A stretch of DNA of 64,000 bases from Podarcis bocagei. Lineage: Eukaryota. Of this stretch, positions 25,701 to 38,830 are shown piece after piece. How positions within the stretch are numbered: position 1 is the stretch's first letter; each line of letters begins with the position of its first letter. A program made the position numbers and the translations under genes. The notes below the pieces were generated by a model. That model was not told where the DNA came from. It ran no database searches and saw only the letters and a program-made list of their open reading frames with translations. The DNA is taken from NCBI GenBank assembly GCA_964188305.1, contig OZ076895.1, one strand, 5' to 3'.

Positions 25701-27466
25701 AGAGGTCAGGAGGGTGGCAATACGAGAACGGGCCTTCTCTGCAGTGGCTCCCTGTCTGTGGAATGCTCTCTCCAGGGAAGTCCGCCTGGTGCCTTCACTA
25801 TACACCTTTATACCAGGCAAAAATGTTCCTTTTCAACTAGGCCTTTGCCTGACTTGATCTACATCCTATGCCTTTTTAAAAAAATGCTGGCTCTTTTTTT
25901 TTTGGGGGGGGGGGTTCTGTTGGGTTGTTGGTTTTGTTTTGATTTTATGTATTTGATATTTTATGTGAACTGCCCTGAGACCTTTGGGTATAGGGTGGTA
26001 TAGAAATAAAATAAATAATAATAATAATACATTGCAAAATTCAGGGAAGTTTGAGTTTCAATGGATGGCTGTGTTTCAATTTGCATATTGTTTCAGAAAG
26101 TGTTAGTTAGGTACATTTGCTTTTACATGCGAACTGAGTCTAATTTCCTCCTCATCGCTACTGTTACGTAGACCTCAAAGGTTTTGGAAAACAGAAAGGT
26201 GGTCCAGCCATACCCACCCAAATCCCCAAATCTTTTCATCGTTAGAACAAAAACTTCCACAAACTGAGGCACTGTACCACTGGGGCAATGCCTGAAAGCT
26301 GGAAGCAACTTCTGTGGATAGGCAGGACAGGAGAGATTATGAGTGGATGGGTAAAAAGATTGTCATTGAGGACCTGGGCTGGAATAATTGCAGCTGGGCT
26401 GTTCTATAAATTATTTGGAAGCATCATGTTCCTGCTATGCATATGAAGCTAATTATCTTTGTAACCTTCCTTGGGAGGGTTTGCCTTGAATATTTCAAAT
26501 CCTCTAAAACAAACAAACAAAGCTTACTCCTTAGTAAGTGTGTTTAGGATTGCAGCCGACATCGCTCTTGTTCATATGTTGCAATTCCATACACTAGAGA
26601 CATGCTGAGAATTTTAATAACTGGGAATTCCAGAGAGGTATGGCTGCCACTCTTCCATAATTTTGAAAGATTGGTCATATTTTTGGAGCGCTGCTGCCCG
26701 CAATAAGCAGAAAAATTATTATAGATGGAGTTTGCACATACTGGTTTATGAAGGCAAAAATGAGTGTTTGAACAAACAAATCAGAGCTGCCTTTCATTTT
26801 ATACATTTGGGGGAGGGGAGGACCTCTGGAGGCAGTAAAACTACAAAGCATTTTTTAAAAAGAAGCTAACAAATAAAAGCAATTTTGTAAAAAAAGAAGC
26901 AGCAGCAAAATGTGTATTAACTACCCAGCACATGGACTAAGGGTGGGGCTTTCACATCACACAGTAGATGAGCTAGGTGATGAATTGATCCTTGCCATAT
27001 GTGAAGCCAGACTGCTAAGGCACTGCTGCCAATAAAAGTTGTAGCCTTGTTACTGCACCGCAGTAAAATTTCACCCACAGCCTTGCAATATACCTGGGTT
27101 TGCAAAACAAAAAGCATTGGATGAATTTACATAACCATGAGCTATGATCCCTCTTTCAAAGTGCCATCAACTAAGGCAGCCTGATCAGCTAATTCTAGCC
27201 TGATCCTCTTAATGCCTTACTGATTTGCTCTACTCAGTCTGAGATTGGTTAGTTTGTCCATAATATGCTTATTTTAAAAATGGAAAACCTTCTAAGAAGA
27301 CACCATAATAGCTGTATCTACTCAAGTGCTTTGAATCCAGAGCTGGAGTTACTGTGGTGTGTATATTCAAGCAGCTTGCAGGGTGGATATTGTAAATATA
27401 TATATTTAAATTGTAGCCTCCTGCTGTCTACCTTTCTGTAATTGAACATTCTGCTTTTTCATACAG

Positions 27467-27639
27467 TGGCCTTAAATTTCCAAACAGCAGGACTGCAAAT
27501 GGATCTTCAAACTGGGAAATTTTTGGATAATGGTGGTTCTGGCTATTTACTAAAACCAGAATATCTAAGAAATAGAGACACACAATTTACTCCACATGCT
27601 ATATCTGCAAACTGTCAACCGGTGCTTCTTACTATAAAG
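27467..27639 (+). CDS. PLCZ1: PLCZ1 segment A exon (end of Y domain)
   Basis: tttcatacag|TG...AAG|gtcagt, 173 nt; (V)[34 protein letters not shown]...LLTIK. Confidence 0.95.
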
Positions 27640-27838
27640 GTCAGTTCATTTTGTTGATAACATTCTTTATTTAATTTGCCAGACCACTTGTGCTTTCTTT
27701 TTTGCAAATAAATACTAATACTTTCTCTGTATTTTCCACCTCAGCTCGTGATAAGCACTTCAAGTAACCTGTACCTGATAGCTGATTGGTGTCAATTGGC
27801 AGCATAATTGCTGCTGAGCTGAGTTTAAGATTTTGTTA

Positions 27839-28327
27839 CAGATAGGTAGCCGTGTTGGTCTGCCATAGTCAAAATAAAAAAATTCCTTCCAGTAGCACCT
27901 TAAAGACCAACTAAGTTAGTTCTTGGTATGAGCTTTCGTGTGCATGCACACTTCTTCAGATACACTGAAACAGAAGTTGCCAGACCCTTCTATATAGTGA
28001 GAAGGTGGGGAGGGGTATTACTCAGAAGGGTGGTGGGAATGGGAGATTGGCAGATAGCTGAGATGAGTCTGTTGACGACTCTTAACGACTGTAATAGGTC
28101 TTACAGGAAAAGGCAAGGGGTGAGAAGGTGAGAAATGGCTTAGTCATGTATAATGAGATAAGAATCCAATGTCTTTGTTCAGACCAGGTCTCTCCATGGT
28201 TTTAAGTTTGGTAATGAGTTGCAATTCAGCAGCTTCTCTTTCCAGTCTATTTCTGAAATTCCTTTGTAGTAAAACAGCTACTTTGAGATCTTGTATAGAA
28301 TGTCCTGGGAGATTGAAGTGTTCTCCT
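27839..28327 (-). mobile_element. Penelope-like element 3' fragment with the GIY-YIG endonuclease C-terminus
   Basis: ORF 28144..28341 reads GEHFNLPGHSIQDLKV...REAAELQLITKLKTMERPGLNKD (GIY-YIG H...E...LN motifs), followed by the terminal repeat shared with the 16 kb and 31.2 kb copies. Confidence 0.88.
27926..27963 (-). ncRNA. Minimal type I hammerhead ribozyme motif (PLE-associated)
   Basis: The same 38-nt motif as 16284..16321, on the element sense strand downstream of the GIY-YIG ORF. Confidence 0.8.
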
Positions 28328-29577
28328 TTTGCTGTTGACATATAAGTCCTTCACAGCTTAGGACCAGGTTGTCTGAGAAGGAGGACCCTTCTACCTAGAC
28401 CAGCTTGTTCACTTAGGTTGTCAGATGAGGTCCTTCTAGGCATCTAGTAGAGACACATCTGGCCTTCTTTGTGTTAGCCACCACATTGTATAATGAACTC
28501 CACTTAAATATATGATGGGCACCTATGGCACAGGTGTTCTGCAGCTTGGTAGATATTGAACTATTTACATGGGCACTCCCAAGCTCAGATCCTTAATACT
28601 GACTTTACCAAACCCTTGATATCCTGCGTTATGTTTTATTGTTATTGTGTTATACTGGTTTTATTTTGTAAACTACCTTGTTATTTTTCGCAGTGAAAGG
28701 CGGCCTATAGTTAATTTAAAATAAAAATGTGTACCAGCAGCGCCCCTGTGCTATCAATTGCATATGGTTGCTCTCTCTTTGCTTTCTGGTAGATTTGTGA
28801 AGATGCATAATAGCTTCAAGGCACTTACTCAGCTATAAACATGATTCAAGTCACACTTATAGATGTGCCATTATGAAATGTGGAGGAACGATACACACAC
28901 ACATATATATATCGCTGCAGTCCCACTGATTCCAGTGACACTGCATAAGCAGTTTCTGAATTTTCCTCCTAGGAACGTGCAAAGGAAAGTCCTGGGGCTG
29001 ATGCAAGTATGAAATGAGTTGATTGCATGGGGATATGCCTACATTGTCAAATTGTAGGCGCTAATTAAAAACTCCTGTTTGCTCAGGTGTCTGGTGGCAC
29101 TTGATTGACTACCTGCACTGTTTTATACTTACTGTATATTACCTGCTTCTTTTTTAATTTGTGTAATTATTTTTAATTGATTAATGAATTGTTTTAATCA
29201 GGTTGTTGAGACAGGTGGAATATAAATATTTTAAAGGACTAATGAACAACCAACCAACCAACCAAATAGCCTTGGCTGCAGCAAATACCACTTTAGCCTC
29301 CAAAAGTTTTTGCATTACATCAACAGGATACAGGTTTTAAAACATAGATAGCTCCAGAGCAGCCTTCCCCAACCTGCTGCCCTCCAGTTGTTTTAGATTA
29401 CAATTCCCATCAGCTGTAGCTGTGCTGGTGGGAACTGATTGGTGTTCAAAACAAATAGAGGGCACTAGCTTTGGGAAGCATTGTCTATGGAAAGAGTTAG
29501 AGCCCTTAGCACACCCAGAGCCCAACAGGGTTTTTATTTCAGTGTATGTTTGCTAGTCTCTACCTGGTTATTAACTA

Positions 29578-29970
29578 GGGATGCAGGTGACACTGTGGTC
29601 TAAACTACTGAGCCTCTTGGGTTTGCCGATCAGAAGGTTGGCAGTTAGAATCCCTGTGATAGGGTGAGTTCCCGTTGCTCTGTGCCAGCTCCTGCCAACC
29701 TAGCAGTTCGAAAGCGCGCCAGTGCAAGTAGATAAATAGGTACCGCTGTGGCGGGAACGTAAATGGCGTTTCTGTGTGCTCTGGCACTCGTCAAGGTGTT
29801 CCTTTGCACCAGAAGTGGTTTTGTCATGCTGGACGCATGACCCGGAAAGCTGTCTGTGGACAAACGCCGGCTCCCTCGGCCTGAAAGCGAGATGAGCACC
29901 GCAACCCCATAGTCACCTTTGACTGGACATAACCGTCCGGGGTACTTTACCTTTTTTTTTACCTTTACCT
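29578..29970 (+). mobile_element. Sauria SINE
   Basis: Same core (gccaacctagcagttcgaaag...agataaataggtaccgc) and an (accttt)n-like tail. Confidence 0.85.
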
Positions 29971-31133
29971 GGTCACAGAAGTCATCTCTATTTATTTTTG
30001 TCCGACTTATCCTTTGATTATTCCGAAGCTGCTTGATCTGGCTCCCATACTGGTGGTTTGTTCTGCCTCATGACTCAAAGAGCTAAAAAACAAGAGCTTA
30101 CCCTTTTCCTGCCTGTTCTGTTCTGTTTGCCTTTGACTTCATAGGGACCTTGCCCCCACAGCTGGTGCTGCTGATCAGATGTCCATCCATCTTAGTGATG
30201 GATGCTGGAGAATCATGGTGGCTAGAGGGTCAGGTTTGGATATGGAAAACTCTGCTTCAGATCCCCTCTGGACTGCAAAGTTTAATGACTGGTTGTGGGG
30301 ATCTTTTAGTGAACTGCCCCACAGGCATGTTGTGAGGCTAAATGGCACACTGAACCCCTCGGAGGAAGGTTTAGGGCACATTTGCAGCATGTTCCCAATT
30401 TCCTCAGACGTTGCTATAAGTGGCCTCAGCTTTGGGTTGCTTGAACCTGCAGGGCACCATCCAGTTAAATCAGGGCTTGCACTCAGTTTAGTAATGCGGT
30501 CTGAATCCATTCCTGTACCTTACTTCTTTCAGAAGGCAGGTCGGCTTTCCACTTATCAGTTATTGTTTTTGTTATGCTGAGATTAACTAGCTTATTTTTC
30601 ACATATAACCTATAAATATCATTTGTGTGCTAAAACTTTGTGACATAGACCTTTTAGTTCAAGCTGTGAGGCTCATACGTAGCAGTGGTACTGAAAAATT
30701 GCCAGTCAGAACTAAAATAAATCACACCTGCTTGATTTATTATCTGCAATATTTTCTTGTGCTTTTCCTCTGCTTGCTGTTGGAAATAAATACCTTGAGT
30801 ACCACAGATGCTGAGACTAGCTTCTTGCAAATGCTATTTAGTCATCAAAGGCATTTGGCACATTATTAAATACCACTGCTGTAGTTCATTGTCTTGTTAC
30901 ACAGTTGCCATTTTGCCCTGCGTTTGCAAACATGTGACAATGAGCCAGCTTTGTAACACCGATTCAGATTTTAAAAAATGCACTCAAAAAGTTTGCCCCA
31001 CTTAATTAATTGCAAAAAAAAAAAAAAGACTGAAAGATTTTGTTCATGCCAGTGTGTGCTTTTAATTAACAGAAATTCTTCACTTAAGTAAGGGCTGTCT
31101 CTCTGGTTTGATCCAATAAACACTTAACATGTT

Positions 31134-31316
31134 CAAAATAAAAAAATTCCTTCCAGTAGCACCTTAAAGACCAACTAAGTTAGTTCTTGGTATGAGCTTT
31201 CGTGTGCATGCACACGAAAGCTCATACCAAGAACTAACTTAGTTGGTCTTTAAGGTGCTACTGGAAGGAATTTTTTTATTTTGACTATGGCAGACCAACA
31301 CGGCTACCTATCTACT
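31134..31316. mobile_element. Penelope-like terminal fragment forming a perfect 152-bp palindrome
   Basis: 31133..31284 is self-complementary with its axis at 31208/31209; 12-bp direct repeat ACTTAACATGTT at 31122..31133 and 31317..31328. Confidence 0.88.
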
Positions 31317-34101
31317 ACTTAACATGTTGCAATTTTATTGGGCTTTGAGCCTTTTGTTTAAGGGAGCTGCTGCAAGGCTAAGGGAGCAATCCACAGTCCC
31401 AGCCAAGGAACAGTGGGGCTGGGCAGAGGGACAGCAACACTACGGCATTCAAAGTTCTGCTCTTGGTACTGGCCAGGGCAGAAGCTTATTTTACGTTTTG
31501 CTAGCTCTAGGCTTCTGCTGCAGAAAGGCCCAGTTAGGCCCCATCTGTGGCCTCCAGGAAGATCCATGTGTGGCCCAGCTCTGCCGCTCCCCCCATCCCC
31601 ACAAATTTCAGGGCCTCCTGAAGGGAGCAAACACCCCGGGTAGGTTGTCAACAGCTTGTGCTGGTGGTGGGCACAGCAGAAACCGCCCCCTGCCATCTGT
31701 GGAGGTGGTGGTGGTGGAGAAACTTCTGCCGCATCTGAACCTGCCACTCCCTCGCCCAGAGGAGTACAGAACCACGGTTTAGGATTGCTCTGCAAGGAAG
31801 TGAAGTGGGAAATCCCTGGTTCAAATGTCACCTCTGTCATGACCTCACTAAATTGCCTTGAGGAAGCCAATGTTCTCTCACACCAGCAGTATGGTATAAT
31901 AATACTTAACCTGCTGTACAAGGTTATTGTAAGCACCCTGAGATAATGTACCCCAAGCCCTATATCAATTTTGAAGTATTCTGACTATGATACTCCAGGC
32001 ATCCCTGCCTTTTCAATGAAGTTGCTTGAGCGACTTCTCTTTGTTGCAGTCGCCCCCCCCCCCCCATTTTGCTGGCTTTTGGTCCATTCCTCTTAGCCCT
32101 CTGACATCCCATAACCCGTTTTTTAATGGGTTTTCTGTAAATGTGTAGCGCCTCTGCTTAAAATGTGGTGCTAGGCTCTGGAATGGGCTTATTATGTTTA
32201 GGAGCCAGAACATAGTGCAGTGTATGCACAGACAGATATCAATAGTTCTGCTGAGACTGAGTGAGTTTCTTTTTCTCTAGTGAAAGGTTGGGAAAGACTA
32301 TAAAATGTCTGTGGGGTTGTGAGGAGATCAGAATTGTTCAAGGTCAGAAAGAGAGAGAGAGAGAGAGAGAGAAAAGGGATTAAGTAGGTGGTGATTGAAG
32401 CAAGTGATTAGTGAATGGGTAGATATGTACTAAAAAACACCCCTCTAATAAGACAGTTTTGTGGTGGATCAGTTGCTAAGAGATGTGATAAAATGAAATG
32501 CCCTTGCAATATAGAGAGTATTGCAGTAATACGAGGGCCTTTTTTATGAGAAACTAAGGGCACTTCCAGTTGACCTTTCGAGCATTCATCCTGATTTGTT
32601 TGCAGGATGATTAGACGACATTGACTGTTTATTGAGAATTCATTCTTATTTGTTTGCATTGAGGTTAGATGGGGTTGCGTCAAAGCATATGTTAGCTCAT
32701 ATGTCGCAGTGCATTTTCCCATTGTTTTCTTTATTGCAAAAGTCCGATCTTTTGGGGAAGCAGGATTTTTGCACAAGACCTCCCAATCAACTATAAAACA
32801 CACAATTTGAATTTGCCAAATATATGTTTAAATTCCACCTGAGAATAGCAACTGTCTGGCAGTGCCCTAAGTCTGAGAAATACAGGCATGGAAGCACCCT
32901 TTGGAGCAGGATGTAAGATGTGTTGCATAGCATTCTACTCAAACTTCACCTGATATACTCTGAGAGAAGACTTATGGGCAGTAGCTTTTACAGGTCTGAT
33001 CTAACTATATGAAAGAGATTTATGTAAATAACAAGCAAAGCAACAAGCACATCTAGTACCAAGGACTGAGTATATTTTGCCAGTGACAAACTGCTGCTGT
33101 TATCCACTGGGATTTTCAAAAGTGGTGTTGAAATCATAAGTCATCATTACTCGGTATAAAATATAGAACCGTTGATACACACTGTGATTTGCAAAGTAGC
33201 ATGAGCAAAAAGGAGAAGTATTTGTCCAAAGAAGCTTGTTGCAAGCAGCATTCTGACAGAACAGAGACAAAAAGAGGCACAAAAGATGGAGAGGAGGGGA
33301 AGTGCGGAAGAAGAACATGCTCAAGTTCACTGTACTTATTTTTACTTTCAAGGGGGAACAAGGACCTCCTTTTACCTAATTACAGATGCACTTGGGGGGC
33401 TTGGGTGCAGAAAATGCTAAAGATTGCACATAAATGAAGGAAAACAGAGGCTCATAGTAGGCATTATATGTCAGATGTGGTTTTTTTTTTAAAAAAAAAT
33501 CTTTTTAAAATGAAAAGTGGCCATGGCAATTGTAATCCCAAGTGGAGGAATAGCAGGTGAGGAGTTTCTTGTTCCTTTCCCATGTAGTCATTTTTTCCCC
33601 ATTCAAAATTGCCCTTCCTCTTGCTGCTTTTCCATCTTTGGTGATTTGATAACATGTATATGGGAGGAAAAGAAGCTTGGACTCCCCAGTATTACACAGA
33701 AAATTGAGAGGACACGATTAAGCAGCCCCTCCCTCCCACCATTCCTCTTGCCCCAATAGCAGCTCAAACACTTGTTTTTTTTACAGCTGTTTCATAGTTA
33801 AGGGTAAATAATTCTCAGTTAGCTTTGTCCTGTGTGGTAGGCTTCCCCATCTGTTTTTCAGTAAAACCATTGATGCCAGAATAATAATCAATTGCATTTT
33901 ACAGAATAATAATCAATTGCATTTTACAGTGCTGGAGCATGATTTCTGTCCTCATCCTGAAGCAAAGTTCTTAACCCGAGGTACTATTTCTGGGTTAGCG
34001 GCGTCTAACCTGAAGCGTATGTAACCTGAAACGTATGTAACCTGAGGTACCATTGTATATCCCAGTTGAAGCTTATGCACTGTTGTTGTTTTTCTGTGCA
34101 G

Positions 34102-34234
34102 CTTATCAGCGGTCATCAATTACCACCTAGCAGTCTCTCCAGGAGTAATAAAGCTGACCCCCTAGTTCTAGTAGAAATTTATGGTGTTCCGGAAGACCAT
34201 GCAAAGCAACAGAGCTGTGTAGTTAAGGGCAATG
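34102..34234 (+). CDS. PLCZ1: PLCZ1 segment A exon (C2 domain)
   Basis: tttctgtgcag|CTT...AATG|gtaagt, 133 nt; [44 protein letters not shown]. Confidence 0.95.
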
Positions 34235-35299
34235 GTAAGTGCAACAGTCTATTGGTTGTGTAATGTTTCAGTAATTTAGGGATTTAACTCATGGGCTTGC
34301 ATAGCTTATCAAAGTTTTGCCTTTGGCAACTGGGCCTATGTACAGAAACAGCAGTGCATAAATTAGTAAGGAAAGCATGAATGGTACATACACACACAGA
34401 GAGAGTTCTTATATGGAATATTAAAAATTCCATTATTTGAATGAATTAGAAAGGACAGGCTAAAATACATACATTTACATGTGTATGGGGGAAAGTAGAA
34501 CAAAGGAAAGATCAAGCTTTGTTCTAATTGCATTCTGTGGAGGTGGACAGGTTTGTTTCCCGCCTTCATTGTTTACGTCAGAGCTGTAAGTGGGCAGTGG
34601 AAGAAAACAGACGGAGAAAAATGGAGGAATTTGTATGTTTGTAGTACCAGTATACCTCTCTTTCTGTGTTTTTGCTTGTCCCTAGTTGTCTGCTGTGGTT
34701 TTAGTGCTTCTTCCGGGGTGTGTAAAAATGTATGTTACTTGAACAGTTGAGCCACTACAGAAGCATACAGGTCCCCACACTGTGGACAGACATACACTTT
34801 TGTTTGCAGAAACAAGCTCATAGAAAGCCAGTCCTGTAAGCTGGCAGCCCAAGCCAGCTGTGTGAAGCGCTGATTGCCTGGTGCCTGCAACACCACAAAT
34901 TTCCCTTTCCTTTTGGTGATGGGCTGGGCCAGAGCCCAAAGTGGGTGGAGCAATAGATAAAGATTTTACTTGTATGTAGTAGGCTGCATTCTACATAACC
35001 TCACACATGCCTCTCTGTTCTCTATCTGGATAAGCAGGTGGCATTGTCAGAGTTCAAGGACACATTCCATCCAGGCAAAAAGACTTGGGGAATGAAGTGG
35101 GGCCACTGGGGGGGATATGTCTCTATCTGGGGCAGATGGAGACGTCTCTAGGCCACGTTTGGTCCCTGAGCCAGAGGCTTCCCATCCTTGTCATGTATAG
35201 AAGCTGACCTGATTGCAGGTGAATCTTGCTTCAACACTGGAGATGAGGCAGTGCCTGAGGACAGCAGACTAGTTTCGGGGAAGCAGGACAGTGTGAAAC

Positions 35300-35985
35300 G
35301 CATCAAGCTGTGTCCTCCAGCATCTCACTGCCATTCTATAGGATCTGCCTAGTGATAAGGCCACCCCTGCAGGAAAGTCTGTTTCATCCCGTCAGCTTCT
35401 GGATTTCAGTTGTTGGGAATCACAAGTGGCGAGAGCTCTTTCTTCTTCTTTGGCAATCACCTATAGCTGAGTCTTCCATAAACATGGTTTTAAAAGTGAG
35501 TCTGTAAGTGACTGTGGAGGCCAATTCTGGACCCACATGTCCTTCCCCATGGGGACTTAGGTTTCCAGGCTGGAGTTGATCATGGTGAGGGTTTGCCAAG
35601 CGTGCCTTCCTCTTAGCACGTGAGTTTGTGCATCTTCAAAGCCCATGACACCTTTGGTAAAGGCTGTTCTCCAACTGGAGCGCTCGCAGGCCCGTGTTTC
35701 TCAGTTGTCGGTGTATATACTACATCTTTTTAGATTTGCCTTGAGAGAGACTTTGAACCTCTTTTGTTGACCACCAGCTTTACGTTTAACATTTTAAAGT
35801 TCTGAATAGAGTAGTTGCTTTGTAAGGTGATCATCAGGCATCCACACAACATGACTAGTCCAACAAAGTTGATATTGAAGAATAATTGCGTGACACTGGT
35901 GATCTTTGCTTCTTCCAGTACACTGGCATTAGTTTGCCTGTCTTCCCAAGTGATGTGTAATTTTTTTCGGAGACACCGCAACATC
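35300..35985 (-). mobile_element. Degenerate RTE-clade LINE 3' fragment
   Basis: RCLRKKLHITWEDRQTNASVLEEAKITSV, with a frameshifted continuation resembling LRW-GHV-RM...KQLLYSEL. Confidence 0.72.
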
Positions 35986-37162
35986 CAACTCCTTGCAGGC
36001 TTCCCATCAGGTTGGCCACTGTGAGAACATGGTGCTGGATTAGAGAAGCCTTTGGCTTGATTGCTTTCTTAGGCTTGCAGTAGAAAAAAAAAAATCCTGG
36101 CAAATCTTGAAAGTTGTGTCTTTTATGCATCCTTGGTGTCTTTCCACTATCCCTCTGCAAAAGAAAGAAAGAAAGAAAAGAAGCATTACGACAAAATTAA
36201 GGGAGGAATCAAATCACTGTGTCACTTCAAATGGTTCACCTCATTATGGTTCACTGCTGGAAACTGTGCACAGTTGTGATTAAACTAAAAAGAAGGAGCC
36301 TGTCAGTGGATCATTTAAATTCCAAAGGGACAGCTCTCTACTGCAGTGTAATGCCAGTTTTAACATCAGGCAAACAAGTCTAGGTGTAGTTGAATTTTTC
36401 AGCTTTCAAATTCCCAAAAATGAGGAGTGCTAAAAAAGTTGGAACACAACTTGGGAATTCAAAAGATATTTTGGTTAAATTAATGTAATTTAATTTTGCT
36501 TGGTAAGCAAAATGTGTAAACTTGCACAGAAATCACTAAAAATGATTGCCTAGTGCTTGAAGTTATACATTACCATTATTATTATTTTATTATTTAGCAT
36601 TACCTGACATTTTCAGAAGGTATAAATTAAAATTCTGTAGTTTTCCAAAAGCAGTTTATGTGCTTCTTCATCAAACTTAAACCAAGCTAAATGTTGTCCA
36701 ATCATAAAAATAATAGCAGATTTGAATTCCTCACACCCAAAAACCTATTTTTAAGACAACATTGGATGGCCATCAGTGATGCATGCTTTTGTTGAGATTC
36801 CTGCATTCCAGGGGGTTGGATTAGGTGACTTTTGGTGTTTCTTCCAATTTTGTAATTCTATGATAGAGTCCCCAGACTGGGACTCAAGGTGGTTTACAGA
36901 TAAAAAATAGAAAAGCATAGATATAAAACAGTAAAAGCTAAAAACATAAGAAGAGTTTCTACTTAGCCAGCCTTTGTTTTGCATTTGTGGGAGCATTTCA
37001 GACTTGTACTCCTGCAATCAGTGAGAATCATCAATGAGCAGAGAAAGAAATAGGAAACAAATGGAGGTTTTATTTTCAGTGGTCAGTGAATAGAACACAA
37101 TTAGCAATGTAGAGTTGTTTTAACAGATCATTGCTTGTCTTATATTGCTTTCTTTATTTCAG

Positions 37163-37312
37163 CTTTGAGTCCCAGGTGGAATGAAACATTCACATTTAAC
37201 ATCCAAGTTCCAGAGCTTGCCTTAGTACGATTTGTTGTAGAAGATCAGCTTTCTCTCACTTCCAATGACTTCCTTGGGCAATATACTTTACCACTTCTGA
37301 GCATGAATAAAG
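37163..37312 (+). CDS. PLCZ1: PLCZ1 segment A exon (C2 domain)
   Basis: tatttcag|CT...AAAG|gtatta, 150 nt; (A)[28 protein letters not shown]...[16 protein letters not shown]. Confidence 0.95.
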
Positions 37313-37739
37313 GTATTAGTCCCCCTCCCCCCCATGCACAAATCCCTAACAACAAATTTTTCTCTTCTTGATTATGATATGCAACATAGCCTTAAATTGA
37401 GTGCTTCCAAGGTACAGTGGTTGTGTTACTATCATTGCTGAAACCAGATCTGTTCAAAAAATTGCTGTGGTGTTACTATTTTTAACCATGTTAGTTGCCT
37501 AGCTTTAATTTGTGACATTGTGGAGAACTGAATGGGGCGTTAATTGTTGAGTCTTCACTGTTCCTAAAAGTGTGAACTCTGCTTTCCCTTTTATACAGAT
37601 CAACAATGTTGTCTTTTAATGTGCATCCTTTTGGAATTTCTGCAATCTTCATTTATTTCAGCTGCAGGAGCTGTCCTGTCCTCTACCACATGTTTACTTT
37701 GTTACTTACAATTGTAGCTGACCCTTCTAGGTGAATGTA

Positions 37740-38098
37740 AGGTAAAGGGACCCCTGACCATTAGGTCCAGTCGTGGCCGACTTTGGGGTTGCGGCGCTCA
37801 TCTCGCTTTATTGGATGAGGGAGCCGGCGTTTATCTGCAGAAAGCTTCCGGATCATGTGGCCAGCATGACTAAGCCGCTTCTGGCGAACCAGAGCAACGC
37901 ACGGAAACACCGTTTACCTTCCCGCCAGAGCAGTACCTATTTATCTAATTGCACTTTGACGTGCTTTAGAACTGCTAGGTTGGCAGAAGCAGGGACCGAG
38001 CAACGGGAGCTCACCCCGTCGTGGGGATTCGAAACGCTGACCTTCTGATTGGCAAGTCCTAGGCTCTGTGGTTTAACCCACAGAGCCACCCGTGTCCC
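37740..38098 (-). mobile_element. Sauria SINE
   Basis: Reverse-complement core; direct repeat cccttctaggtgaatgta on both sides. Confidence 0.87.
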
Positions 38099-38550
38099 TT
38101 CTAGGTGAATGTAGGGGCCAGTTAATACATTGGTTCACATACAGTTGTTTTAGGAGTGTGCAGGTCCATAATGGTGCTTACAACCTATTTGTGTGAACCG
38201 GTACCTCCATGTATTTCTGTAGTCATCCTGATTCCCAGGATGCCACTGGCCACATCCTCAAGGCTGCAAGCCCAGTGACTGCTCTGTGCGCTCATAGGTT
38301 CTTATAGGAACATAGGAACTTGTCTTTTAGCAAGTCAAACATTGGGTTCTTGCTCTGCACTGTGTACACTGACTGGCAGTGACTCTCCGGGGATTCAGGC
38401 AGAAGTCTTTACCTGCCCTACCTGAAGATGTGAAGAGGACTGAACATGGCTCCCTCCTAGGTTCCATTTCTTGGGACAGAAGTAAGGTTTACATGTCTAT
38501 GTGAATCACTTTGCCTGTAATCCACTCATTCATTGCTATTGCATTTACAG

Positions 38551-38639
38551 GTTATCGCCAGGTTCCACTTTTTTCCAAACTTGGTGTCAACCTGCGTCCT
38601 GCTTCACTCTTTGTGCATATTTGGTACTTTAACCAATAA
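38551..38639 (+). CDS. PLCZ1: PLCZ1 segment A last coding exon
   Basis: tttacag|GT TAT CGC...; (G)YRQVPLFSKLGVNLRPASLFVHIWYFNQ* with TAA at 38637..38639. Not in the ORF track. Confidence 0.94.
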
Positions 38640-38677
38640 TGTTTGCTAACAGAGCTCCCTCAGCAGCCTGAATCCTC

Positions 38678-38683
38678 AATAAA
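38678..38683 (+). terminator. Polyadenylation signal of PLCZ1 segment A
   Basis: AATAAA about 40 nt after the stop codon, followed by T/GT-rich sequence. Confidence 0.7.
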
Positions 38684-38830
38684 GAAACCATGGTTTAATA
38701 GTACTACTTTGTTACTGTCATAACTTATTTTTACTTGTGTGAGCCAATGGTATTCAGTATGCATAAAGGCCATATGAAAGTTGCTTTGCTGAATCATTGT
38801 TCTGTGTCAGTCTTAACAGCCAAGTCAGAT

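Noticed and set aside
31324-31946. Overlapping GC-rich ORFs of 96-192 aa
   Set aside because: Intronic, compositionally driven, no motifs.
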